A stretch of 64,000 nucleotides of DNA from Pseudobdellovibrionaceae bacterium (GCA_020635075.1 JACKAM010000002.1:199802-263801); one strand, 5' to 3'; counted from the first letter of the stretch, positions 30,001 to 38,135 are shown. The notes: generated by a model not told the origin, from the sequence alone. Translations and numbers: made by a program.

Positions 30001-30158
30001 GGGGCGGAGATCCGTTTATCGTTCCTATCGCGTTGGCTCTTGGCTGGGGTCTTGCCTTCGGCGCCATTCTCACCCTGATCTTCTTCCCCTCCTTTGTCCG
30101 CATCCTCGACGACATCCGCTCCCTCACCCGCAAATTCCTCCTCCGCCGTAGCCAGTGA
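27030..30158 (+). CDS. RND (AcrB/HAE family) efflux transporter, inner-membrane subunit
   Basis: 1042 aa with 12-TM RND topology and two large periplasmic loops. Typical VVSENI and AIVLIDF motifs. Confidence 0.9.
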   Translation: MRSIIGFFAKEHLLGNLLTVLIIITGVFTIFTIRRDIWPNVQFNLTTVSTFLGGASPEQVEKLVINPVEEALREVDGIKKVFSTATEGRAVVVAQLDPDARNPDKTNSDIQQAIDRIDSLPSSADKPVIYAIEAGREPVIEVTVTGEKNPIEVRNAAKFVADELSLENLVSKVTKRGYDKREFVVEADPVKLARRRVPLSALIQSIESRNISLPGGSIQNNAGVEVLVRTEGEYSSAEEIGRTVILANEAGYGTRVRDVATVTESLAPPERLYRTDGEAGINMIVAKKQNADAIELVEIVRNKVEQLKSKVPASVRLGFSNDFTIYLANRLNTLSSNLMIGLVLVILVLSLFLPWRVTLVVALGIPIALFASLSTAQYFDVSLNLISLIGLIIVLGMLVDDAIVVSENIWRHIEDGESSEKAIIEGTREVLGPVLASVLTTVSAFAPMMFMTGIFGAFVFQIPLMVILALCISLFEAFLIMPSHFAAWVVPFVSIEKQQAKSANWYTHLSETYAKFVSWSLTKRYLMLGLAGLMLVGSITLIFVTGRFVLFPPGSVELIFVSLEAPTGTSLEKMVDLVTPVENTINELPDHELLDFMTSIGIIQQGTIDPQTRRGSHYAHIRIALTSKLKRSRTATEIIEQLRASIGRPEGFNSISFEFAREGPPQGRPISLNVLGPDFQTLQTLAGQIKKELGEIEGVVDVRDSFVLGKPEWNVLPRFEESATLGLSASEIALSVRTAFEGIIASSIRELDEEVDIRVRLAEKKGDAQTQLENIKIGNRLGNLIPLSAIADFKQEKTLSAINHLHHRRLINVSAEVQLEKITANEVTTKIKPKMAELTKGMSEYSIDFGGEDEDTEESMAALARAFIFAAFIIFSLLIVTFKNLFQPILILTSIPLGLMGVIIAMFLHNRPLSFMAMLGVIALAGVIVNNAIVLIDFINRRREQGDDLNTSVVTAAKVRLRPILLTTATTVSGLFPTAYGEHFQKYLGIGGGDPFIVPIALALGWGLAFGAILTLIFFPSFVRILDDIRSLTRKFLLRRSQ

Positions 30159-30168
30159 CCATAGCTGT

Positions 30169-30309
30169 CCATAAATCCGTTCTCTAAATCCACCTCCCCA
30201 TAAATTCGGACGCGGGCTCCTTGCCCTCGCCGGCATCGCTGCGCGAACGCGTCCCGCTTGCCGGAGGTCCTCATTTATAGAGATGCGGATTTGGGGAACC
30301 CATTTCTGG
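30169..30309 (-). repeat. structured repeat copy 1 (core 30198-30280 in reverse orientation, own flanking imperfect stem)
   Basis: The reverse complement reads ctataaatgaGGACCTCCGGCAAGCGGGACGCGTTCgcgcagcgaTGCCGGCGAGGGCAAGGAGCCCGCGTCCGAATTTATG. Flanking arms at about 30181-30205 and 30274-30298 match in 19 of 25 positions. Confidence 0.85.
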
Positions 30310-30362
30310 ACCATTCTACTTCCTCGCTGGGAGGGAAAGAGTAATTGGGAAATCTACCTCTA

Positions 30363-30415
30363 TATTCCTCCTTCTAAAGCAAATCTAAATCTGTCCGGCT
30401 GCAGTTTTGTTTTTT
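30363..30415 (+). repeat. second repeat family (R2), copy a
   Basis: tattcctc...caaatc.taa.tctg....ctgcagttttgttttt is about 80% identical by eye to 30845-30896. Confidence 0.7.
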
Positions 30416-30526
30416 CGAATTTGTGGACCGGTCCTCTAGTTAGATGGCTGGCCTTTTTGTTATCCTTAGTTAATTCCCTACTCACTATCATTGTTCAGTT
30501 GCGGAAAAGTAGATGATGTTCAGGGA

Positions 30527-30660
30527 GGGGTCATTGAGATCCGTCTTTCTGTAAATGAAGACCTCCGACAAGCGGGACGCGTTCACAGACGAAGTCCGTG
30601 ATGTCGGCGAGGGCAGGAGCCCGTGTCTGAATTTATAGGAAGGCGGATCTCAATGACCCC
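30527..30660 (+). repeat. structured repeat copy 2 (core about 30553-30639 inside a 30-bp stem)
   Basis: Arms are ggggtcattgagatccgtctttctgtaaat (30527-30556) and atttataggaaggcggatctcaatgacccc (30631-30660). There are four mismatches, all G-U compatible if read as plus-strand RNA. Confidence 0.9.
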
Positions 30661-30735
30661 TTACTGGACGGCTACGTTCGCGGGCGAAGCCCAGCGATGT
30701 CGGCGAGGGCAGGAGCCCATGTCTGAATTTATAGG
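30640..30735 (+). repeat. structured repeat copy 3 (96-bp tandem unit, left part of core replaced)
   Basis: Shares the 3' 40 nt GATGTCGGCGAGGGCAGGAGCCC.TGTCTGAATTTATAGG. Hairpin is cgcgggc-gaa-gccc(a)gcg. Confidence 0.9.
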
Positions 30736-30830
30736 AAGGCGGATCTCAATGACCCCTTACTGGACGGCTACGTTCGCGGACAAGGTCCGTGATGCCGGCG
30801 AGGGCAGGAGCCCGTGTCTGAGTTCATAAG
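30736..30830 (+). repeat. structured repeat copy 4 (95-bp tandem unit)
   Basis: The first 43 nt are identical to copy 3. The hairpin differs (cgcggac-aag-gtccgtg). The tail is GATGCCGGCGAGGGCAGGAGCCCGTGTCTGAGTTCATAAG. Confidence 0.9.
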
Positions 30831-30844
30831 AAACCCACTCCTTG

Positions 30845-30896
30845 TATTCCTCTACCTACAACAAATCCTAATCTGCCAAACTGCAGTTTTGTTTTT
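30845..30896 (+). repeat. second repeat family (R2), copy b
   Basis: Matches 30363-30415. Its 3' end (tttgttttt) forms the base of the copy-5 outer stem. Confidence 0.7.
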
Positions 30897-31037
30897 AGAG
30901 TCCACGGAGTGGCTTTCCTATGAAAGAAGACCTCCGACAAGCGGGACGCGTTCACGGACGAAGTCCGTGATGTCGGCGAGGGCAGGAGCCCGCGTCTGAG
31001 TTCATAGGGAAGCCACTCCGTGGACTCTAAAAACAAA
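30888..31037 (+). repeat. structured repeat copy 5 (core about 30925-31000 inside a 37-bp stem)
   Basis: Arms are tttgtttttagagtccacggagtggctttcctatgaa (30888-30924) and ttcatagggaagccactccgtggactctaaaaacaaa (31001-31037), with one U-G position. Perfect inner hairpin cacggac-gaa-gtccgtg. The element ends 16 nt from the motB stop. Confidence 0.9.
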
Positions 31038-31053
31038 TCAAAGATTGTTCAGA

Positions 31054-31986
31054 TTATTTGTTGCGCCTTGCACGCCACCGCGCCCGCGGATCATTAGTAT
31101 CGAACTTATCGCCCTTCTTCCGATCCGTCAGCTGATTGACAAAGTTGTCGTAGGGCGACTTGTCGGTATCAGATTTGCCGAAAACATCATCCAATTGCCG
31201 CGGCTTTCGCCCGTCTTTGGTGAAGTCCTTTTGCTTGACCTTAAAACGAATCACTCCATTGTCAACCTTCTGCCCAGGCGCAAGCGTACCGGCGACCTTG
31301 ACCTGGGATTTCCCAAACACATCCACCGATCCGTGTTCCAAGGATGACTGAATTTTTTGGGAAACCAAGTCTAATCTCTGTTCGGCCACTCGACGAGCAT
31401 CCCCTTTGTCCTTGGTGCGAACGGTTTGGTCAAAGATGGTGGAATCAACAAAGACATTTGAGTCTTCAAGTCCCGAGGTGATTGCCTTCAATTTCTCCAT
31501 TACGTCTACAAAATGAGCTTGGGGCTCAGCCGTGCCATAGCCAAACAATTGGTCGGCGGGAATCTCAAAAAATACTTCGTCGGCATTGACTTCCACATTT
31601 TGCGCAATGTCTCCAAGCTGGTCGGCAATGTGGTGAAGAACGATTTTCTTTGATCCCATTCCCATAATGTTGGGGGTAAAATCCGTAGGTGTAACAAAGG
31701 CCTGAAAGAATTTGAGTGGCTCATTGATGAGGTCGAGGAACAACTTTTCCAGAGTCAACTCAACTCCATAGTTGGAGAAGTTGTACTCAATGATACTAGG
31801 GGTGGAGAAATAGTCTGCAATATTCTTTTTCACCTGCTCAGATTGACTGATTAGCCACATCACAAGAAAAAAGGCCATCATAGAAGTCATAAAGTCGGCA
31901 AAGGCCACCTTCCAGGAACCACCATGTGCTCCTGCGGCTTGCACGTTAATCTTTTTGATTACCACTATGGGCTGTTTTTCAGCCAC
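31054..31986 (-). CDS. motB: flagellar motor stator protein MotB
   Basis: The N-terminus ([24 protein letters not shown]) contains the conserved Asp-bearing TM helix. Lies immediately downstream of motA. Confidence 0.8.
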   Translation of the reverse strand: MAEKQPIVVIKKINVQAAGAHGGSWKVAFADFMTSMMAFFLVMWLISQSEQVKKNIADYFSTPSIIEYNFSNYGVELTLEKLFLDLINEPLKFFQAFVTPTDFTPNIMGMGSKKIVLHHIADQLGDIAQNVEVNADEVFFEIPADQLFGYGTAEPQAHFVDVMEKLKAITSGLEDSNVFVDSTIFDQTVRTKDKGDARRVAEQRLDLVSQKIQSSLEHGSVDVFGKSQVKVAGTLAPGQKVDNGVIRFKVKQKDFTKDGRKPRQLDDVFGKSDTDKSPYDNFVNQLTDRKKGDKFDTNDPRARWRARRNK

Positions 31987-32019
31987 GGTACTGACTCCTT
32001 AGTCCATTTACCCATTCAA

Positions 32020-32880
32020 TTAGGCAGCTTTCTTTCCTTCTTTGGTCGCAGCATCCATCTCATCGAAGCTTGGGCGCTCTGTCGGAAAAACACTTCTCCG
32101 TGCGAACTCCACACAAACAAGAGGTGGAGCACCCCTCTGCAGAGCCACCAGGGCAGCCTTAATCACCGATAAATAACGTCCCTCAGCCTCGATGTCGTTG
32201 CCCATTTTGGTAGACATCGGACCAAAGAATCCATAACAAAACAAAACCCCCAGGAACGTTCCCACAAGTGCGGCAGCAACCAAGCCACCGATGGTTTGTA
32301 CTCCCTGGTCCAGATAATCCATAGTGTGTACAATTCCTAAAACCGCGGCCACAATTCCTAGTCCCGGCAGAGCATCGGCAACACTCTGAACGGCATGGGC
32401 CGCCGCGTGTTCTTCTGTGTGAGCCACTTTGATGTCCTGATCCAAAAGATCATCCACGTCATACTGGGTGAGGTCTGCAGACAGCGTGATCTTCATGGTG
32501 TCGCAGAGAAAATCTACCGCATGGTGGTTCTTCAAAAATCCCGGATAGGCTTTAAAGATCTCACTGCTATTGGGTTCCTCAATGTGTTTTTCCACCGCTT
32601 GAGGACCATCCTTACGGAAGATCTGAAAGAGTTGAAACATCATCTGCAGAAGCTCAAGATACTCCTTTTTGCTGGGTGGCTTGCCCGTCAAGGCATGGAT
32701 GGATTTGGAAATTGCCATTTTGACGGTGCCTATAGGGTTGGCGATGAGGAATCCACCAAGAGCAGCACCGAAAATGATGACCACCTCGAAGGGCTGCCAA
32801 ATCACATGAAGATGTCCGCCGGCCGCTAGAAAGCCACCGAACACGCACACTACCACGACGATTGCTCCAACAAATCCCAT
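32020..32880 (-). CDS. motA: flagellar motor stator protein MotA
   Basis: 286 aa, four TM helices, MotA/TolQ/ExbB channel motifs (ALPGLGIVAAVLGIV, GTFLGVLFCYG). Confidence 0.9.
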   Translation of the reverse strand: MGFVGAIVVVVCVFGGFLAAGGHLHVIWQPFEVVIIFGAALGGFLIANPIGTVKMAISKSIHALTGKPPSKKEYLELLQMMFQLFQIFRKDGPQAVEKHIEEPNSSEIFKAYPGFLKNHHAVDFLCDTMKITLSADLTQYDVDDLLDQDIKVAHTEEHAAAHAVQSVADALPGLGIVAAVLGIVHTMDYLDQGVQTIGGLVAAALVGTFLGVLFCYGFFGPMSTKMGNDIEAEGRYLSVIKAALVALQRGAPPLVCVEFARRSVFPTERPSFDEMDAATKEGKKAA

Positions 32881-33011
32881 AGCACTTCCTCTCCACTATA
32901 TGTCGGCGCACTCACGGCCCGTATTGAGGGCCAACCCCCCGAAACTGCTGGATTTCAGGCCTTCGTCCAGGGCGCAATGCGTTTCCATAGCCTAAGCAGC
33001 AGACCTTTTCC

Positions 33012-33041
33012 TCGACCATGGTCCCGTGACTCAGGTATAAT
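33012..33041 (+). promoter_or_regulatory. candidate sigma70 promoter for dsbD
   Basis: TATAAT at 33036-33041 with tcgacc 18 nt upstream, about 50 nt before the dsbD ATG. Weak -35. Confidence 0.3.
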
Positions 33042-33089
33042 AAAACTTTAGTCCGTTAACTTTTTCGCTTCTGCGACGTATTAGTTTCT

Positions 33090-34895
33090 ATGAGTGGAGT
33101 GGACCCTTTGGCGGATCAGCCATTTAAATCTTATGTAACGCCTGTGTTTTTGAGCCTGGTGGCTCTGCTGGCGATTCTTACTGCTGGATTGGGCGAAGCC
33201 CAGCAAGATGGGCTGATTAATAACAAGCCTCTAAAGGCAACTTCCTTTCTTGCCATCGATCCTCTGCCCCAGGGGGCGAATAGTGCTCTGCGCATTGATA
33301 TGGAGTTGGCGCCTGAGTTCCACGCTTACTTGGATAAATTCAAAGTTCAGATAACCAACCCAGAAGGCCTGCAAATCAGCAAATTCAACATCACCCCGGT
33401 GGTGGAGTTCGAAGACGTGTTTACTAAAAAGATGAAGCAAGGGGTTAAAGGGATATCCCAGATTCACACAGTTCTCAATGTTCCTCCTGGATTTCCAGTC
33501 GGTCCGGTAGACGGAATTCTCGAAATCACCTATCAGGCCTGCACCAAAGAATACTGTCTTCTCCCTAAGCGCCTACCCGTGCCCCTGTCGTTTACCGTTG
33601 CCAAGGGCGATGCCGCTATTGGCGGAACCACATCTTCACAGGACGACAGTCTTCTCGCGCAAGCAAAGAGCAAGGGTTGGTTGTTTGTATTTTTGATGGT
33701 GTTTCTTGGCGGCGTCTTGACCTGCTTTACCCCCTGTATTTTTCCCATGATCCCCATCACTTTAGCTGTGATTGGAGCAACAGGAACGCATCACAGCCGC
33801 TGGCAAAACTTTCGGGTATCCATTTTCTACGTCTTGGGCATTGCCTTAACCTACTCCACTCTTGGAGTTGTCGCTGCCCTGACGGGATCCCTGTTTGGCT
33901 CCTTACTTGGCCACCCCTTGGTGGCCATGGGATTTGCTCTATTGTTTTTGCTGATGGCGCTCAGTATGTATGGACTGTTCGAGATTCAAGCTCCCGCCTT
34001 TGTTCGCAACCGACTGGGAACCCACCAGTCGAAGAGTCGGTACATTGGCGCTTTGCTGTCGGGACTGATTGCAGGAATTGTGGCCAGCCCCTGTGTTGGA
34101 CCTGTGCTCATTGGCGTCTTAGCCTTTGTTGCCCAGAGCCAAGACCCGCTGATGGGTTTTGCCCTCCTGTTTACCTTTGCTCTGGGAATGGGCCAGTTGT
34201 TTTTGGTTTTAGGCTTTTCTTCCCAGTTGATTCAGAAAATACCCAAAGCTGGTCCTTGGATGAATTTCACCAAGTTCATTTTTGGAACAGCGATGGTGGC
34301 CTTAGCCCTATTTTATGTCCATCCCGTCGTTGGCGACCGCGTGTTTGATGGCCTGTTGGGCATTGCCTTGGTGGCCGTTTGTGCCTTTCACGGCGCCTTT
34401 TCTCCGATCAAAAAGCTCACCCTGACCAAAAGCCTCATTCAAGGAGCCATGATAGCCGGGATTCTCGTCGGCGGGGTGTTTTTGGTTCGCGCTGGCTTTC
34501 CCCAATATTTCGACGGCCTCAATCCAGATGAAACCCGGGCCCTTCATGAACAAGGGGGATGGTTGCCCTTTTCAGATGAAACACTTCAACAAGCACATAT
34601 GGACGGCAAGCCCGTCATTGTTGATTTCTATGCCGACTGGTGCGCCGCCTGCAAAGAGTTGGAGTCCATCACCTTCATGGACAAGGACGTAATGGAAGAA
34701 GGCAAAAAGTTTGTGCTTATGCGCTTTGATGCCACCAAAATGACTCCTGAGTTTGATGTCCTCAAGGAAAAATTCAATATCCTTGGCCTCCCCACCATCG
34801 TCTTTCACGATGGCAAAACATGGCGCACGGATTTGACACTGACTGGGTTTGAATCGGGCCCTGAGTTTCTCAAGCGAATGAAGCAAGTCTTCTAG
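33090..34895 (+). CDS. dsbD: thiol:disulfide interchange protein DsbD
   Basis: 601 aa with an N-terminal periplasmic domain, a DsbD TM core containing CFTPC.FPMIP, and a C-terminal thioredoxin with WCAAC. Confidence 0.85.
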   Translation: MSGVDPLADQPFKSYVTPVFLSLVALLAILTAGLGEAQQDGLINNKPLKATSFLAIDPLPQGANSALRIDMELAPEFHAYLDKFKVQITNPEGLQISKFNITPVVEFEDVFTKKMKQGVKGISQIHTVLNVPPGFPVGPVDGILEITYQACTKEYCLLPKRLPVPLSFTVAKGDAAIGGTTSSQDDSLLAQAKSKGWLFVFLMVFLGGVLTCFTPCIFPMIPITLAVIGATGTHHSRWQNFRVSIFYVLGIALTYSTLGVVAALTGSLFGSLLGHPLVAMGFALLFLLMALSMYGLFEIQAPAFVRNRLGTHQSKSRYIGALLSGLIAGIVASPCVGPVLIGVLAFVAQSQDPLMGFALLFTFALGMGQLFLVLGFSSQLIQKIPKAGPWMNFTKFIFGTAMVALALFYVHPVVGDRVFDGLLGIALVAVCAFHGAFSPIKKLTLTKSLIQGAMIAGILVGGVFLVRAGFPQYFDGLNPDETRALHEQGGWLPFSDETLQQAHMDGKPVIVDFYADWCAACKELESITFMDKDVMEEGKKFVLMRFDATKMTPEFDVLKEKFNILGLPTIVFHDGKTWRTDLTLTGFESGPEFLKRMKQVF

Positions 34896-34903
34896 CGGTA
34901 CCC

Positions 34904-35464
34904 CTAGAAAGCCAAGTTGATGACGCCCAAAAAGCTCATTAGATGGAAGGGTTTCAGCTCCACTTCCGTTGAGCCTGCTGTGGTCAATGACCGCTGCATG
35001 GCCATGAAGCTCCCTTCGATGCCAACGTTGAGCAAGGAGAAGAGTTTAAAATCATATCCAGAAACAATTCCGTAGTGGTACGGGGAAAAGATCACATCGG
35101 TGCTATTTTCAACTGTATTAAATTTGGAAACTCCGGCACGGACTCCCACGTAAACCTTTTTGTCTCCACCTGTGAGGAAACTACGAAACTCCAAACCAGT
35201 AAGGCTGAAGCTAAAGTCGCCATTATTGCGACCGGTTTCTTCCGATGAAACCATGTGGTAGCCGCCAAAACCATAGGAGTCCGAAATCTGGCTCCCACCT
35301 TTTACTCCATAAAGCTGATGAGTTTTGGTATTGGCAATATCAGGGACACTGAGGCCATAAACGATACCGACATAGCCGCCGCCTTGATTACCTGACTGAG
35401 CAACAACCCCTGCCGTGAGCATCGAAAACAACACTGTAAGGACCCATTTCGAAATCCCGTACAC
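34904..35464 (-). CDS. small outer-membrane beta-barrel protein
   Basis: 186 aa with a signal peptide, alternating beta-strand pattern and a C-terminal aromatic (NLAF). Paralogous in style to 47797-48339. Confidence 0.65.
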   Translation of the reverse strand: MYGISKWVLTVLFSMLTAGVVAQSGNQGGGYVGIVYGLSVPDIANTKTHQLYGVKGGSQISDSYGFGGYHMVSSEETGRNNGDFSFSLTGLEFRSFLTGGDKKVYVGVRAGVSKFNTVENSTDVIFSPYHYGIVSGYDFKLFSLLNVGIEGSFMAMQRSLTTAGSTEVELKPFHLMSFLGVINLAF

Positions 35465-35637
35465 TCGGTTCCCTCTTTAGCCCCGAAGGGGCATTCGTCG
35501 AACAGTCGTCACCACCCCCATTATATGGGACTCGCCGCAAGGAGTTAATAGCGGTCCTGCAAAATGAAAGGGAATCTAGCCTAAGAGCGATATGGATCTA
35601 TCTGATTTACTAGATTTAAGTGCAAAAACTGGCCACT

Positions 35638-36165
35638 TTAAAGGCGCTTAAGACGGGCAATTTCTCGACGGGCGTCTTCCAAAGAGGCCTTGGCCCCCAT
35701 CAATTGGATCTCTTGTTCGTGAACCAACTTTTGAATCTGACTGAGCCGGGACTCATATCCCTGGAGCACCTGATTGTGTCGGTCCATCATCTCTTCAATC
35801 TTAGTCTCCTGAAGACGCCGCTCAGCCACCCGACTACTTAGGTTGGCGAACTTCTCATTCACTTCGTGAATGACGTTTTTCAAAAACTGCTCCATTCTGG
35901 AGCCAGCACTATTGAAGCGCTCAAACCGGGATTTCACTGCTGCCGTCCACTCACTGACACGACTCTCAAAATTCTCCTGCCGGGTTTCGACTTCCTGGAT
36001 GCGCTTTTTTAGAATATCGATTTTGGCGACCAGAATTTGCCAATCTTCCTTGAGCACGGGGGCCAAGGACTCGATTCTGGCTTCCCGCTCCTGGTGAGGG
36101 AGGGCCGCAGATTTGTTTTGAGGCTGCAAATCGGGAAAAAGCTCCCTATTTAACTCTCGCGACAT
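35638..36165 (-). CDS. coiled-coil protein, function unknown
   Basis: Heptad-rich, highly charged sequence. ATG at 36165 follows GGGGGAGAGGG. The ORF-track start at 36249 is a TTG that would overlap the divergent gene. Confidence 0.5.
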   Translation of the reverse strand: MSRELNRELFPDLQPQNKSAALPHQEREARIESLAPVLKEDWQILVAKIDILKKRIQEVETRQENFESRVSEWTAAVKSRFERFNSAGSRMEQFLKNVIHEVNEKFANLSSRVAERRLQETKIEEMMDRHNQVLQGYESRLSQIQKLVHEQEIQLMGAKASLEDARREIARLKRL

Positions 36166-36231
36166 CCCTCTCCCCCGTTTTGAGCCACTTTTCTCTGGAC
36201 TCATGCGTTGAACCAAATTTATCGTTCTCTT

Positions 36232-37224
36232 ATGGCCTCTGTCACTCAATTAGCACAATTTCTCTTAAAATTGAATCCACAGAACTCTGTGGCGCGCCTG
36301 TCCTTTTACCATTGGGTAAAGAACTTCCTGGATTTGCAGCTCGATCTGCAACCAAAAATGATTGAGCAGTTTTACGACCATGCCCTACAAATTCCCTATT
36401 GGCAGAACTCCCAAAAGGAGCTGGCAGAGACTGTCCAAAATGACCTGATCACCTTTGCTCATAATCATCCCCTGGGATTTGAACTGAATGACATTCGCCA
36501 TGCCAATACCTGGCAAACCTTGGAGCTCCAACAAGGGCAGGATTTTTATCAGGTCCTGCGCGACCACGGCCCCGGCAAAATGGAGGAGAGCAAGCGGAAG
36601 TATCTTGCTCTAAGTCCAACCCAAATCCTACAGATTCATGTTCTAGATAATGGTGGGTTAGACGTGTGTGTTTATTCTAACCGAGTAAAGGTTGATGGCA
36701 GTCGATTAAAGCCACTGTCTCCACTCACTCGCTTGCATTACAACTCAGCACTGGAATTGGTGCCGGGACAGACTCAGCTGTTGCAGACCTCCCATCTGAC
36801 CTGGGCCCGGTTTCAAATGGACGATGGTGCCTGTCACGGACTCCTGTTTAAGGGCTACACCTTTCAAAAGGCCGATGCCTTTATGGGCAAAGTGATGAGC
36901 CAGTACCCCGAACTCTACTACGCCCTCAAGCGACTCGAACGTCATTTTATCGACCTCAAGTCAGATCCCCTCTATCAGGAGTTGGTGGCCCTGCTTGAAA
37001 AGGCCAATGCCATGGCAGCCAGCCCTCACCCCGAGGCCACTCGTCTGGCAGAGACGGCTCTCCAGAAGGGCCAGCTGGCCCTGAAGAATATTTTTCCCAA
37101 TGACAAGCTGCTGACACTTCTGGTAACCAATTTGGAATACCGAATAACCGACGGGAGGCCGCAACGCCCCTCTCTCCAAGGGAAGCCAGAAGAACCATGT
37201 CCAAGCCTTCGTCCTCTCACTTAG
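36232..37224 (+). CDS. hypothetical protein
   Basis: Long ORF with ordinary, non-repetitive amino-acid composition and no motif I recognise. Start uncertain (TTG 36208 or ATG 36232). Confidence 0.45.
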   Translation: MASVTQLAQFLLKLNPQNSVARLSFYHWVKNFLDLQLDLQPKMIEQFYDHALQIPYWQNSQKELAETVQNDLITFAHNHPLGFELNDIRHANTWQTLELQQGQDFYQVLRDHGPGKMEESKRKYLALSPTQILQIHVLDNGGLDVCVYSNRVKVDGSRLKPLSPLTRLHYNSALELVPGQTQLLQTSHLTWARFQMDDGACHGLLFKGYTFQKADAFMGKVMSQYPELYYALKRLERHFIDLKSDPLYQELVALLEKANAMAASPHPEATRLAETALQKGQLALKNIFPNDKLLTLLVTNLEYRITDGRPQRPSLQGKPEEPCPSLRPLT

Positions 37225-37979
37225 TTCGCCTCAATAAATACCTGGCCTCCTGTGGAATCGCCAGTCGGCGAAGGGCCGACGAGCTTATTGACGAGGGTTC
37301 GGTCAAAGTTAATGGCAAGGTGGTCTACGAGCTTGGCGTTCGCATTGATCCCGAAAGAGACAAAATCACGGTGAGTGGAAAACCAGTCAGACCTGAACTC
37401 CAGAAGGTCTACATCATGTTTCACAAGCCCAAGCACGTTTTAACATCAATGGAAGACCCACAGGGGCGTCCCACGGTGGCTGATTTTTTTCGCCGTATGC
37501 CTGTTCGGGTTTTCCCAGTTGGTCGGCTAGACTGGGACACGGAAGGCCTGCTGCTTTTGACCAACGACGGAGAATTCGCACAGAAGGTGAACCACCCCAG
37601 CCAGGAAATTCCCAAAGTTTATTTGGCCAAGGTGGATGGAAAACCTTCCAATGAGCAATTGCGCAAGCTCACCACTGGGGTGACGATCATTGGGGGAAGG
37701 GTGAAAGCCCTGGAAGCCACCCGATTGCGCGGTAAAGGTACCGATCAGTACGACTGGATCCGCATTGTGATCACCGAAGGCAAGAATCGTCAGGTGCGCA
37801 AGATGTTCGAAAAGATTGGTTTCGGTGTGAAGAAGCTCCAACGCATCGCCATCGGTCAGTTGCGATTGGCCAATCTCAAGCGCGGGGATCATGTCCTTCT
37901 AGATCCCCGGGACCTGAAGAAGATATTCGATCGCAAAGTCAAAAAGGAACGCCCAAAGTCACATAAGAAGAATGCTTAA
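37197..37979 (+). CDS. rluB: 23S rRNA pseudouridine synthase, RsuA/RluB family
   Basis: S4 domain (RLNKYLASCGIASRRRADELI), catalytic GRLDWDTEGLLLLTNDG, and a Lys-rich tail. Confidence 0.85.
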   Translation: MSKPSSSHLVRLNKYLASCGIASRRRADELIDEGSVKVNGKVVYELGVRIDPERDKITVSGKPVRPELQKVYIMFHKPKHVLTSMEDPQGRPTVADFFRRMPVRVFPVGRLDWDTEGLLLLTNDGEFAQKVNHPSQEIPKVYLAKVDGKPSNEQLRKLTTGVTIIGGRVKALEATRLRGKGTDQYDWIRIVITEGKNRQVRKMFEKIGFGVKKLQRIAIGQLRLANLKRGDHVLLDPRDLKKIFDRKVKKERPKSHKKNA

Positions 37980-38135
37980 GCTTTAAGCGCCCCTCAAAAA
38001 TGCCGCCCATATTTTAAGCAAACCCCTGACGCAGGCCTATGCCGCCAGTCAGAATTTGGTGAGCTGGACACAATATATTGGACTCCCAGTAAATTTAATT
38101 ACTAGATTTAGGGAAACTACAACAGGGAGTGGGAA

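Noticed and set aside
30623-30829. 68-aa ORF with an internally duplicated peptide (MSEFIGRRISMTPYWTATFA twice)
   Set aside because: The duplication is just the 96/95-bp DNA tandem repeat read through. There is no SD. The same core occurs in the opposite orientation and in other frames elsewhere, so conservation is at the nucleotide or structure level.
30553-31005. Hammerhead or other known small self-cleaving ribozyme in the repeat core (a CUGA is present)
   Set aside because: I cannot find the full CUGAUGA...GAAA hammerhead core in the right arrangement, nor a pattern I can confidently assign to twister, pistol or HDV-like classes. It is left as an open test rather than a claim.
30590-31010. 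Possible CRISPR-like array (40-nt conserved block recurring at 95-178 bp intervals)
   Set aside because: The intervening segments are homologous to each other rather than unique spacers. Spacing is irregular, one copy is inverted, and no cas genes are in the window.
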